Positions 16,351 to 25,450 of a stretch of DNA of 31,665 nt are shown piece after piece. A program made the translations under genes and the position numbers. The stretch covers positions 1-31,665 of the forward strand of contig DASPXY010000347.1 of assembly GCA_035637055.1 (NCBI GenBank), written 5' to 3'. The DNA is from Gemmataceae bacterium (GTDB lineage Bacteria > Planctomycetota > Planctomycetia > Gemmatales > Gemmataceae). The notes under the pieces are model-generated. The model was given only the letters and a program-made list of their open reading frames with translations. It was not told where the DNA came from and did not search any database. How positions within the stretch are numbered: position 1 is the first letter of the stretch; the number at the start of each line of letters is the position of its first letter.

Positions 16351-19152
16351 ATGCCGAGGTGTCCCAGCTGTGGCGCGGAGGTGCCGCCGGGCATGCGCTT
16401 CTGCGGCGCGTGCGGCCATGCGCTCGCCGCCACCGTGAGCGACGTTTCGGGCAGCTCACCCAGCGGCGTACCCCACGGCTCGCCGCCCTCGGGGCCCACC
16501 GGAGCGTCGCAGCTCGCCAGGCCAACCATCGCCTCGACCACCTCCGACCCACCTCACGCACCACCCTCTTCCGGCGTCGCCGAGCGTTTCACGCCAGGAC
16601 AGATCCTCGCGAGCCGCTATCGCATTGTCAGCCGCCTTGGCAGAGGGGGAATGGGCGAGGTCTACCGCGCCGACGACCTCAAACTCGGCCAGGCGGTCGC
16701 CCTCAAGTTTCTGCCCGAGGGACTGGCTCACGACCCCGGCCGGCTCGCCCTCCTGCACGACGAGGTCAAACTCGCCCGGCAGATCTCGCACCCGCACGTC
16801 TGCCGCGTCCATGACATCGGTGAGGCGGACGGCCAGACGTTCATCTCGATGGAGTTCGTCGATGGCGAAGACCTGGCCGCGCTGCTACGGCGCATCGGTC
16901 GCTTGCCGCCCGACAAGGGCGTGCAGGTGGCGCGGCAACTGTGCCTGGGCCTGGCGGCGGCCCATGAGCGCGGGGTGATCCATCGCGACCTGAAGCCCGC
17001 CAACGTGATGCTCGACGGCCGCGGACAACTTCGTATCACCGACTTCGGCCTGGCCCGCTTGACGGCACAGGTCGCCGGCGCCGATGCCCGTTCCGGCACC
17101 CCCGCCTACATGGCCCCGGAGCAGCTGGCGGGCCGCGAGGCGACCGCGCGCAGCGACCTCTACGCCCTCGGGCTGGTGCTCTATGAGATCTTCACCGGCA
17201 AGCAGGCATTCCCGGCGCGATCGCGCACCGAACTCCTGCGCTTGCGCGAGCAATCGACCCCTCCCGGTCTCTCCAGCCACATCACCGACCTCGACCCGGC
17301 GGTGGAGCGCGTCATTCTGCGCTGTCTGGAGAAGGAGCCGCGCAAGCGGCCGCTGTCGGCGCTGGCGGTGGCGGCGGCCTTGCCGGGCGGCGATCCCCTG
17401 GCGGCGGCACTGGCGGCGGGCGAGACGCCTTCGCCCGAGATGGTGGCAGCGGCGGGTGAGGCCGGCGGACTGCGACCGGCCGTCGGACTCGCCTGTCTGG
17501 CAGGGGTGGTACTCGGGTTTGTCGTTCTGGCTCTGCTGGGCAACACGACGAAACTTGTCAGTCGGGTGCCGCTGCCACTGAAGCCCGACGTCCTGGAAAA
17601 CCGGGCCGAGACGATCCTGCGCCAACTCGGGTATGAGCAGCCTTATCGGGCGTATGGTTTCGGCGTGGACCGTTCGGTGTTCCGCGCCGTGCGGAAATCG
17701 GGCCAGGACGATCCGTGGGCAGGACTCGCGACGCTGCAACCGCCTGCTCTTTACTTTTGGTATCGCCAAAGTCCTCAGCCCTTGGTGCCGACCCTGTTCT
17801 CGCAGGATGGGGCGGCGATGCCGGGGCGCGTCACCCCCGAAGATCCCCCGGCGCTGCTTCCCAAGATGGCCCTGGTGCGCCTCGATCCGAAGGGGCGCCT
17901 GACCGCCCTTCAGGCCATTCCCCCAGCCTTCGGCGAGGAAGGCCCGCTCCCCCCAGGCCACGAACCCGATTGGCCCCGCTTGTTCCCCGCGGACATGGTC
18001 GGCTTCTCCTTGGCGGACGAAAAGGCGTTCACGCCGACACAGACGCAGTGGGCGCCGCCGGTCGCGTACGACGCCCGCAAAGCCTGGCGCGGCACCTACC
18101 CGGAAAGCGGTCTCAGCATTCAGGTCGAGGCGGCGACCTATCGCGGCAAGCCTGTCTTCTTCCGGATCGTCGGCGACTGGAATCGACCTGATGCCGGGGC
18201 CGACGCCGCGGGCTTCACACTGAGTGCGCTCGTACGAATCATGGGTTACGGGATCGATTACCTCCTGATTATCTGTAGTATCGTGCTGGCGGTCCCGAAC
18301 CTGCGCGCGGGGCGCGGCGATCGCCGGGGCGCTCTGCGGCTGGCCCTGGCGTCGTTTGCCATCGTGTGGTTGAGCTGGTTCTTGCAGGCGAGCCATGTGG
18401 CCACGCTGGCGGAGTCGGATCAGATCGAGATGGGTCTGGCCTGGGCGTTGTTCTTCGCCGCGAAGATGTGGCTGTGTTACATCGCCCTGGAGCCGTACGT
18501 GCGCCGGCTGTGGCCGGAAACTCTCGTGTCGTGGAGCCGCCTGCTGGCGGGACGGGTGCGCGATCCGCTCGTCGGCGCGTCGATCCTGATCGGCTTGCTG
18601 GCTGGGGTGGGCTTCGCCATCCTGGAGCAACTGGTGCTGCTGGCCCCTCCCTGGTTCTACCTGCCAGCGCCGCCGCCGTTCGCCAGCCGCGGCACCGACG
18701 CGACCCTGATGGGCGGCCGCTTCGTTCTCGGTTACGGGCTCTACCTCGTCATCTTTGGCTTCCGCGTTGCCCTGATCTGGATCCTGTTTTTCTTGCTGCT
18801 GCTCCGCGTCGGTTTGCGCAACCCCTGGCTGGCTGCCGGGACTTACATTCTATTTCAGATGCTATATGTAGGTTTTTCGCTGGGTGATCCGCGCGTTTCC
18901 TGGTTCTTCTACGCGGTGGGGTTTGCGCTGGTGGTGGTCGTGCTGATGCGCTATGGCGTCCTCGCGGCGGCTACCCTGTGGATCGCCCGCAACGTCCTCC
19001 TGTCTTTTCCGCTGACGGCGGACCTGTCGGCCTGGTTTGGCAGCAGCGGCTTGTGGGCCATGGCGGTGCTGCTGTTGCTGGCCGGGTACGGGTTCTGGAC
19101 GTCGCAGGCGGGGCGGCCACGGCTGAGCGCTCGCTGGCTAGGCGAGGAGTAG
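16351..19152 (+). CDS. Hanks-type Ser/Thr protein kinase with N-terminal zinc ribbon and multi-pass C-terminal membrane domain
   Basis: GAAGGA RBS before ATG 16351. CPSC...CGAC ribbon; LGRGGMGEVY, VALK, HRDLKPAN, DFG, GTPAYMAPE, SDLYALG. One TM, then an extracytoplasmic domain, then about 9 more hydrophobic helices by eye. Confidence 0.92.
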   Translation: MPRCPSCGAEVPPGMRFCGACGHALAATVSDVSGSSPSGVPHGSPPSGPTGASQLARPTIASTTSDPPHAPPSSGVAERFTPGQILASRYRIVSRLGRGGMGEVYRADDLKLGQAVALKFLPEGLAHDPGRLALLHDEVKLARQISHPHVCRVHDIGEADGQTFISMEFVDGEDLAALLRRIGRLPPDKGVQVARQLCLGLAAAHERGVIHRDLKPANVMLDGRGQLRITDFGLARLTAQVAGADARSGTPAYMAPEQLAGREATARSDLYALGLVLYEIFTGKQAFPARSRTELLRLREQSTPPGLSSHITDLDPAVERVILRCLEKEPRKRPLSALAVAAALPGGDPLAAALAAGETPSPEMVAAAGEAGGLRPAVGLACLAGVVLGFVVLALLGNTTKLVSRVPLPLKPDVLENRAETILRQLGYEQPYRAYGFGVDRSVFRAVRKSGQDDPWAGLATLQPPALYFWYRQSPQPLVPTLFSQDGAAMPGRVTPEDPPALLPKMALVRLDPKGRLTALQAIPPAFGEEGPLPPGHEPDWPRLFPADMVGFSLADEKAFTPTQTQWAPPVAYDARKAWRGTYPESGLSIQVEAATYRGKPVFFRIVGDWNRPDAGADAAGFTLSALVRIMGYGIDYLLIICSIVLAVPNLRAGRGDRRGALRLALASFAIVWLSWFLQASHVATLAESDQIEMGLAWALFFAAKMWLCYIALEPYVRRLWPETLVSWSRLLAGRVRDPLVGASILIGLLAGVGFAILEQLVLLAPPWFYLPAPPPFASRGTDATLMGGRFVLGYGLYLVIFGFRVALIWILFFLLLLRVGLRNPWLAAGTYILFQMLYVGFSLGDPRVSWFFYAVGFALVVVVLMRYGVLAAATLWIARNVLLSFPLTADLSAWFGSSGLWAMAVLLLLAGYGFWTSQAGRPRLSARWLGEE

Positions 19153-19173
19153 CCACAACGCCAAAGCGGTTCA

Positions 19174-19230
19174 ACGAGCGGCGGGGTTTATCCCCGCCGT
19201 CTGGCCAGCGGGGATAAACCCCGCCGCTCG
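19174..19230. repeat. Family C REP doublet
   Basis: ACGAGCGGCGGGGTTTATCCC (19174-19194) and its exact reverse complement (19210-19230). The left unit also forms the short hairpin GGCGGGG-TTTAT-CCCCGCC. Confidence 0.88.
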
Positions 19231-19273
19231 TCGCCTCCGACAGCCATCTGCAAACCGCTCTCGCCAACCCGAT

Positions 19274-19294
19274 ACAAGCCCGGAGCGCCAGCGA
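19274..19294 (+). repeat. Family B REP-like unit (single arm)
   Basis: ACAAGCCCGGAGCGCCAGCGA is identical to 14448-14468. Confidence 0.85.
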
Positions 19295-19471
19295 TGGATG
19301 ACCTCCGTTGCTTGGTGGCGGATTAGAGCAGACAGGCAAGATATTCCGTGCGTATGTTTCCCAGCTTCTTTTCTTTATCTGCAGACAATACCGGTCGCGA
19401 GTCGATTTCTGGTAATGCCGACGCGTGGTCCGCCCTGCGCCGGCACGGCTGTGCCTGACTCGGAGGAGTCC

Positions 19472-20821
19472 ATGAAGCACCCCAGCTGGGCGAGCAGCCT
19501 TGCCCTCTGCCTGATCCTTGCCGCCAGTTCCGTCCGCGCGCAGGAACCTGGACCGCCCATCCAACTCGGCCCACCAGCGCCACTCCTGGAACCTGCGCCA
19601 CGCCCGGGATTGGAGCACGGGGAAGCGGACGAGCCAGCGACGGCAGAGGCCATCCGGCTCGGGCGACCAACATCCCTCGTGGACTCAGCGGCGTGTGCCT
19701 CCGACGAGTACCCCACGCCGCGCCTGTTCAGCCTGGCGCCGGAGCGGTCCGCGGAAGCAACGATCCTCCAGGCGGCATGGCACAGCGACGAGCCTCAGCC
19801 ATCGGCGGGAGGCATCTGCCCCGACCGCCCACCACCGTTGCCGGGAACGGTCCCAGCGCCGGGGCAAGGAGACGGCCAGCCCGCGGCACGGGATGGCGGC
19901 TCTCCGCCCAGCACCGACGCCTTCGCCCTGGCCCCACCCGCCAGCGGCGCCGAGACGGGCGGCTTCAACCCGAATATGTTCGGCGATCACCTCTCGCCCT
20001 CGTTCGTGAACGTGTCCTCGTCATCCAACCAGGCGGGAGCGCTTGCTACCGTGGTTCGCGGAGCGTTCAAGATCGCCGAGAACGAAAGCCCCCGCCCGCA
20101 GGATCGCCTGTTCTTCACCTACAACTACTTCAACAGTGTCCCGGGCGGGTCGGATGCCTCCGGTGTTACCCGCTCCGACGTTCACCGCGTTGTCATGGGC
20201 TTCGAGAAGACCGTCCTCGATGGCAATATCTCCGTGGGCGTCCGCGCGCCGTTCATCCGCTTTCAGGGCGACGGCAGCGTCGGACGCGAGGATCTCGGCG
20301 ACCCGAGCATCGTCCTGAAATATGCCTTCATTAACGATCGTCAAACGGGGAATGTGCTTTCCGGCGGACTCGTGGTGACCGCTCCGGTCGGAGCGAGCTT
20401 CCTGCCCGCGGGAGCTGCGAACATCCACCCGACCCTGTTCCAGCCCTACGTCGGCGCGATTTACAACCTCGGCGACTGGTACGTTCAAGGCTTTTCGTCG
20501 ATCATCCTGCCGACGGCCCACCGCGACGTCACCGCCTGGTACAACGACGTGGCGCTCGGTTACTTCCTCTATCGAACCACGCAGCCTGGCCGCCTGTTGA
20601 CTGCGGTGGTGCCGACGATCGAGCTACACGTGACGACGCCGCTGAATCACCACGGAGGCGATGCGCAACCGATCACGGGGATCGACCTGGTGGACCTGAC
20701 CGCCGGGGTGACCTTCGGCGTGGGCCGGCGTTCGACGCTCGGCCTGGCGGTGGTGACGCCGTTGACAGGGCCGCGGCCGTTCGCCGTCGAGGGCCAGGCG
20801 TACTTGAACTGTCGCTTCTAG
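19472..20821 (+). CDS. Secreted, probably outer-membrane beta-barrel protein with a Pro-rich N-terminal linker
   Basis: GGAGGA RBS; signal peptide MKHPSWASSLALCLILAASSVRA; KIAENESPRPQDRLFFTYNYF motif recalled from planctomycete proteins; amphipathic beta strands; terminal YLNCRF resembles a beta-signal. Confidence 0.72.
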   Translation: MKHPSWASSLALCLILAASSVRAQEPGPPIQLGPPAPLLEPAPRPGLEHGEADEPATAEAIRLGRPTSLVDSAACASDEYPTPRLFSLAPERSAEATILQAAWHSDEPQPSAGGICPDRPPPLPGTVPAPGQGDGQPAARDGGSPPSTDAFALAPPASGAETGGFNPNMFGDHLSPSFVNVSSSSNQAGALATVVRGAFKIAENESPRPQDRLFFTYNYFNSVPGGSDASGVTRSDVHRVVMGFEKTVLDGNISVGVRAPFIRFQGDGSVGREDLGDPSIVLKYAFINDRQTGNVLSGGLVVTAPVGASFLPAGAANIHPTLFQPYVGAIYNLGDWYVQGFSSIILPTAHRDVTAWYNDVALGYFLYRTTQPGRLLTAVVPTIELHVTTPLNHHGGDAQPITGIDLVDLTAGVTFGVGRRSTLGLAVVTPLTGPRPFAVEGQAYLNCRF

Positions 20822-20863
20822 GGTTCGGTTAGCGACGCTTCGCGGAAGCGTTGGCCAGGCAGG

Positions 20864-22135
20864 TCACCACGCCCGGAACAATAGGTAGCAGCCCACCGCC
20901 CCGACCGGCACCATCGCCAGCCCCCACGCCAGCACCTTGCGGAACAGGACGCGATGATCCTCCGTCGGCGCGGCGTAGGCAACGCAGATGGCCCCGATCG
21001 TCGAGAGCGGCGACGCGTCAACCAGGTGCCCCGCGACGATGATCGACGACGCCACCGCGAGCGGTTCGCCGCCCACCTCGGTCGCCAGCGGCAGAAACGC
21101 CGGTAACACCACTCCCGACGTGCTCGCATAGACCGACACGAACGCCGCGAAAAACGCCACGACCCCCGTCACCGTCTCCGGCGTCGATAGGCTACGGATC
21201 AGGTCGGCGAACAGTTTCGTGCCCCCCGTACGCCTCAGCAGGTCCGTCAGCACGCTCACGCCGCAGACCATGATGATAACGCCCCAGGGCATCTTGCGGA
21301 GCGCCTCGCGCTCGTCGGCCACACCGCCGAGCGTCAGGCCAATCGATAGCGCCAGCGCCGCCATCCCCACGTTGACGCGAAACACAATCGCGCCGACGAT
21401 CAAGAGCCCGATGGCCGCGAGCGTGACCGCGTGCCTGGCCCGGAAGTGCGCCTCCGCGCTCACCCGTGGCGCGCCGGCGCGGATGCTGTCCTCGCTCCCC
21501 GGCTCGTGCTGCCGGAACAGGCGCCAGCCGCCGAACAGGCCATACCCGGCGAACGCCACCGCCGCCTGAGCCATGAGATTGTGCAAGAAAACCGCGGTTT
21601 CATGACCGACAATACCGATCTTCCTCATCTGCTCCTCGGCGATGATCCCGGTCGGCGTGATGGGCGAAAGGGCACCGGCGAGCGAGCCATGCGCGACCAT
21701 GATCGTCATGAGGAAGGCGGGAATGCGCGCCCGGTGAGCGACCGCCATCGCCATCGGCGAGATCAGGGCGGAGGCGGCGATGTTGCCGGCGCCGACGGTG
21801 GCGATCGCGCAGGTGAGGGCAAAGAACATCACCGGAATCAGGCCGGCGTTGCCGCGGCAGAGACGCACCGCGGCCCGCGCGACCGTGTCCAGCGTGCCGT
21901 TGTTCTGCGCCTGGGTGAACAGGAGCGTCACCCCGAGCAGCGTCAGGAACAGGTCGGTCGGGAACCCGCCCACGAGGGCTCGGAAGTTCGCTTTCGGATC
22001 GCCCCCGATGAGGTAGACGCCGATAATCCAGGCGAACGCGAGCGCGAGGACGCCGGGGTTGACGTTCGTCGTGCAACTACAGACGATCACCACGAGGAGA
22101 GCCGCCAGCGAGATCCAGGCCAGATCAAGTACCAT
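20864..22135 (-). CDS. Ion-transporter (IT) superfamily permease (SLC13/CitMHS/DcuC-like)
   Basis: About 11-12 hydrophobic segments, with GALSPITPTG and ASPLSTIGA re-entrant hairpin-like motifs. Confidence 0.8.
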   Translation of the reverse strand: MVLDLAWISLAALLVVIVCSCTTNVNPGVLALAFAWIIGVYLIGGDPKANFRALVGGFPTDLFLTLLGVTLLFTQAQNNGTLDTVARAAVRLCRGNAGLIPVMFFALTCAIATVGAGNIAASALISPMAMAVAHRARIPAFLMTIMVAHGSLAGALSPITPTGIIAEEQMRKIGIVGHETAVFLHNLMAQAAVAFAGYGLFGGWRLFRQHEPGSEDSIRAGAPRVSAEAHFRARHAVTLAAIGLLIVGAIVFRVNVGMAALALSIGLTLGGVADEREALRKMPWGVIIMVCGVSVLTDLLRRTGGTKLFADLIRSLSTPETVTGVVAFFAAFVSVYASTSGVVLPAFLPLATEVGGEPLAVASSIIVAGHLVDASPLSTIGAICVAYAAPTEDHRVLFRKVLAWGLAMVPVGAVGCYLLFRAW

Positions 22136-22153
22136 GCGGCCCCCGCGTTCGTA

Positions 22154-22284
22154 GCGGTGTCAAGACCCCTCCCCCCAACCCCCTCCCCCAAAGGGAGAGG
22201 GGGAGCCAGCAAGCCAAGCGCCGTCTCTTCTTCTCCCCCTCTCCGTTGCGGGGAGGGGGTTGGGGGGAGGGGTCTTGACACCGC
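22154..22284. repeat. Family A palindromic element, copy 2 (inverted relative to copy 1)
   Basis: Terminal IR GCGGTGTCAAGACCCCTCCCCCCAACCCCCTCCCC and its reverse complement. The right arm is the exact reverse complement of about 51 nt of the left arm of copy 1. Confidence 0.92.
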
Positions 22285-22285
22285 G

Positions 22286-23467
22286 TTAGTTCGCCAGGCG
22301 CCGCAGCCCGTCGCGCAAGCGCTCCAGACCTTGCTCCAACGCCGTGCCGCCCGCCGCGAAGGAGACGCGCAGCGTCCCTTCGCCACCCGGCCCATAGGCG
22401 GCGCCGTGGATCACGACGACGCCAGCTTCGCGCAGCAAAAAGCGGCGTACCTCGTCCGACGGCCGCCCCAGGCCGCGCACGTCCAGCATGACGAACAGGC
22501 CGCCCTCCGGCACGAGGGGCTGGACACCGGGCAAGCCGCGCAGCCGCTCCACGACGAGATCGCGCCGCGCCTGATACTCCGCCCGCATCCGCTCGACGCT
22601 GGCCTGATCGGAACGGAGGGCGCTCACGGCCGCATCTTGCACGAACGTCGCCGGCCCGCGGCTGGACTGCTGCAGCACCAGAAGCATCGCACCGATCAAC
22701 TCGGGTGGCCCGGCACAGTAGCCGACACGCCAGCCTGTCATGGCGTACGTCTTCGAGAGACTGTTGACCAGCAGCGTGCGCCCGCGTGCTTCCGGCGACA
22801 GCGCGGCAGGCGAGACGTGTCGATGGCCGTCGTAGACCAGCGCCTCGTAGATCTCATCGCTGAGCACGAAGAGGTCGCGGGCGGCGGCGAAGTCCATCAC
22901 CGTGCGCAGTTCCTCCGCGGTGAAGACAGTGCCGGTCGGGTTCCACGGCGTATTGAGCAGGACGAGGCGCGCTTGAGCCGTGCGGGCGCTTTCGAGGGCG
23001 GCGCGGTCGAGGACAAAGCGACCTTCACGGATCGTTGAAGACACCGATACGGCGCGGCCGCCCCACAGAGCGATGGGACCGGTGTAGGCGTCGTAGATGG
23101 GGTCGGGCAGCAGGACGTCGTCGCCGGGCTGGATCAGGGCGCCCAGGGCCGTCGCCAGGCCCGCGGTGGCGCCGTCGGTGATGAGGATTTCGCGGCCGGG
23201 GTCGTAGGTCAGGCCGTTGTCGCGCGCCAGCTTCTCCGCGACGGCCTGACGGAGAGTCGGTTCGCCCTGGTTGTCGGGGTAGCCGGTGCGGCCATCGCGG
23301 AGGGCTTTTTCAGCGGCCTCGACGATGTGAGCGGCGGTCGGCGTATCGGGCTGACCGCGCATCAGGGAGATAACGGAGCGTTCTTCGGTCTGAAGCTGCC
23401 GCACCTCCTGCAGGACACGGTTGACGGCGGTGGGGACCAACCCACCGACGCGAGCGGCAATGCGCAC
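22286..23467 (-). CDS. PLP-dependent aminotransferase class I/II (AspC/AspB-like)
   Basis: LNTPWNPTG, LSDEIYE and NSLSKTYAMTGWRVGY (PLP lysine). The GTG start at 23467 (MRIAARVGGL) follows a GAGGTG RBS. Confidence 0.92.
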   Translation of the reverse strand: MRIAARVGGLVPTAVNRVLQEVRQLQTEERSVISLMRGQPDTPTAAHIVEAAEKALRDGRTGYPDNQGEPTLRQAVAEKLARDNGLTYDPGREILITDGATAGLATALGALIQPGDDVLLPDPIYDAYTGPIALWGGRAVSVSSTIREGRFVLDRAALESARTAQARLVLLNTPWNPTGTVFTAEELRTVMDFAAARDLFVLSDEIYEALVYDGHRHVSPAALSPEARGRTLLVNSLSKTYAMTGWRVGYCAGPPELIGAMLLVLQQSSRGPATFVQDAAVSALRSDQASVERMRAEYQARRDLVVERLRGLPGVQPLVPEGGLFVMLDVRGLGRPSDEVRRFLLREAGVVVIHGAAYGPGGEGTLRVSFAAGGTALEQGLERLRDGLRRLAN

Positions 23468-23554
23468 GATGCTCACCTCATCGATCCGAGTACGTGGCGA
23501 TCGTTCCTGGAATGATTGGATGGAAGCGCACCGCCGACGGCAAGCGCCCTGTGC

Positions 23555-23676
23555 TAGCAGCCCGTTGAAAACCCCTCCCCCGGCCCCTCCCCGCAGCGGA
23601 GAGGGGGGCAAGCCAGAAAACTCTCCCCTCTCCTCTCAGGGGAGGGGCCGGGGGAGGGGTTTTCAACGGGCTGCTA
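23555..23676. mobile_element. Family A palindromic element, copy 3, with IS-like ends (MITE-like)
   Basis: Perfect terminal IR TAGCAGCCCGTTGAAAACCCCTCCCCCGGCCCCTCCCC and its reverse complement. Core 23558-23673 is flanked by CTAG and CTAA. The repeat structure is certain, but mobility is inferred. Confidence 0.6.
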
Positions 23677-24627
23677 ACCCCCAGACAGCGCGAGGAGGCG
23701 CTTCACCGCCGCGGACAGCCGCGGGTGACGCACCGACAGCCGATGGAAGTGCCTGGCGATACCCAGCGCCACCGGCCCCAGACGACGCACTTCTTCCAGT
23801 TCGCGCGCCTGTTCCGCCAACTCTACCCGCGTCTCGGCAAGGGCCTGCCGTGCCGCTTCCAGCTCCGCAGCGAAGTATCCCAGCCCCGGCAAAGCCCAGG
23901 TGAGGTCGCGCTCGTAGCCGCGCGCGATCAGCCACTTGCCGCAGATCCCGGCGAGCACGGCCAGTTCGCGTGGAGTTGCCTGCGCGCGCCAGCTGCCGCT
24001 TCGTCCGTCGCGAATGTGGTTCCAGTGCAGCAGGGTCTTCTCATCCCAGCGGTGGGCGTTGGTCGGCGCTTCCAGGTCCACCCCCTGCTCGTGTAAGTGC
24101 GCGGTGAATTCCGCGGTGCGGCGCCGGGTCGCCTCCAGCGAATACTCGCCCACAACCGCCTCCGCTGCGCCATTGTCCAGATGCATGCCGAGGTGAGCGG
24201 CGAGCACCACAACGGCGGCGGCAGGTGCGGCCATGATCTCCTCGTAGCGCTGCGAGAGTGTGTGCGGTTGGTCGGCCCAGAAGGCGTCGTTGGCCAAACA
24301 GAGATGAAGGAGGTCTTTTCGCTCCACTACGTCCTCGAAGGACGCGCCATTCTTATGCATCAGCGAGTAGGCGACGTCACGCAGGTCGCGGTAGGCGTAG
24401 ACGGCGAGCGCGCGGCCCTCCGCCAGCGCCGCAGCGAAGGCAGGGTGTTTGTCATGGGCCTTCAGCACGCGCCAGCGGGCCTCTTCCCCACGGCTTTGAC
24501 TGGCGTACTGCTCGCCAGTGAGGAATCCCAGGCGACTGCCGTCCAGGTGCCCTTCCACCAGATGGCTGACGACCTCGTATTGCCAGGTTGATCCCGCCCG
24601 GTACATGCCGACACAGAAAACATCCAT
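23674..24627 (-). CDS. Sulfotransferase-domain protein with C-terminal coiled coil
   Basis: N-terminal CVGMYRAGSTW (PAPS 5'-phosphosulfate loop), VLKAH, and YAYRDLRDVAYS (3'-phosphate binding). Confidence 0.78.
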   Translation of the reverse strand: MDVFCVGMYRAGSTWQYEVVSHLVEGHLDGSRLGFLTGEQYASQSRGEEARWRVLKAHDKHPAFAAALAEGRALAVYAYRDLRDVAYSLMHKNGASFEDVVERKDLLHLCLANDAFWADQPHTLSQRYEEIMAAPAAAVVVLAAHLGMHLDNGAAEAVVGEYSLEATRRRTAEFTAHLHEQGVDLEAPTNAHRWDEKTLLHWNHIRDGRSGSWRAQATPRELAVLAGICGKWLIARGYERDLTWALPGLGYFAAELEAARQALAETRVELAEQARELEEVRRLGPVALGIARHFHRLSVRHPRLSAAVKRLLALSGG

Positions 24628-24660
24628 GTCCGGTCTCCGACTTGACTTGCCTCACCCGGA

Positions 24661-25341
24661 TCAGGTCGAAATCTTCTCGTAATAGACGCCTACCCAACCC
24701 GGGAGACCCACTGGCTTGTACTCGCCCGCTTCCACAACGATGGCGCCGTCGCCGTCCTGGATGTGGAGCGGATCGAGAAGGTGTGGGGTAGTGCCGAGGC
24801 GGGCGGCTAGGGCTGCCATTGCCACTTCCAAGTTCCTGAAGCGGCGCCTGAACGCCCCGTAATCGAAATCGGGATCCTCCAGCAACTGACCCAGCAGGGA
24901 CGGCGGCTGTGGTGGCTTCAGAGGAGGTGAAAACTCCCCCAATGGGGCGGCCGCCCGCCAGGTCAGTGATTGGGCCTCTACTTGCTCCCCCTCCTTGAAG
25001 ATACTGTAGCCCGCGACATAGCCCGCATCGAAGGAGAACAGGTAGATGACTGGACTGAGGCTTCGGGACAAAGACATCGCCAGGGGGTTCGCCCGATACC
25101 AGGTCGGGAATGGACCTGGCAACCCATCCCCCCAGGACGAGAGCGGCACCCACCGGGACTGACCGGCTGGTCCAACGAAAATCATTTGCACCGAGCGATA
25201 GTGGAAGCCATCCGCATAGATCCTCGGTGCTTCGTGGTAGACGATCCGGCGACGGAGTCGGCCAAGGGCATCCTCAAGCGCCGTGAAGATCAGCGACTGT
25301 TCGACGGCCGGTACCAGGATGGTGTTGTAGCAAGCGCCCAT
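24661..25341 (-). CDS. Hypothetical protein (226 aa)
   Basis: ATG-started ORF that fills the gap between co-oriented genes, with normal composition and no motif I can name. Confidence 0.7.
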   Translation of the reverse strand: MGACYNTILVPAVEQSLIFTALEDALGRLRRRIVYHEAPRIYADGFHYRSVQMIFVGPAGQSRWVPLSSWGDGLPGPFPTWYRANPLAMSLSRSLSPVIYLFSFDAGYVAGYSIFKEGEQVEAQSLTWRAAAPLGEFSPPLKPPQPPSLLGQLLEDPDFDYGAFRRRFRNLEVAMAALAARLGTTPHLLDPLHIQDGDGAIVVEAGEYKPVGLPGWVGVYYEKIST

Positions 25342-25412
25342 ACGCTCAACTCTCCAGCTACTTCACGATGCATTATCGGGAACCAGCGCCGCGATGCAAT
25401 CCGAGTTGCTCT

Positions 25413-25450
25413 CCCCTCGCCTCGAATCCCTCTCCCGCATAGGGGAGAGA
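25413..25450. repeat. Degenerate half-copy of family A
   Basis: CCCCTCGCCTCGAATCCCTCTCCCGCATAGGGGAGAG resembles the family A arm CCCCTCCCCCCAACCCCCTCCCCGCAACGGAGAGGGG. Confidence 0.45.

Noticed and set aside
23468-23611. Longer aminotransferase start at 23611, and Pro/Gly-rich ORFs over family A elements
   Set aside because: These are translations of the repeat (PPPNPLP, GEGLGGG) and not protein.
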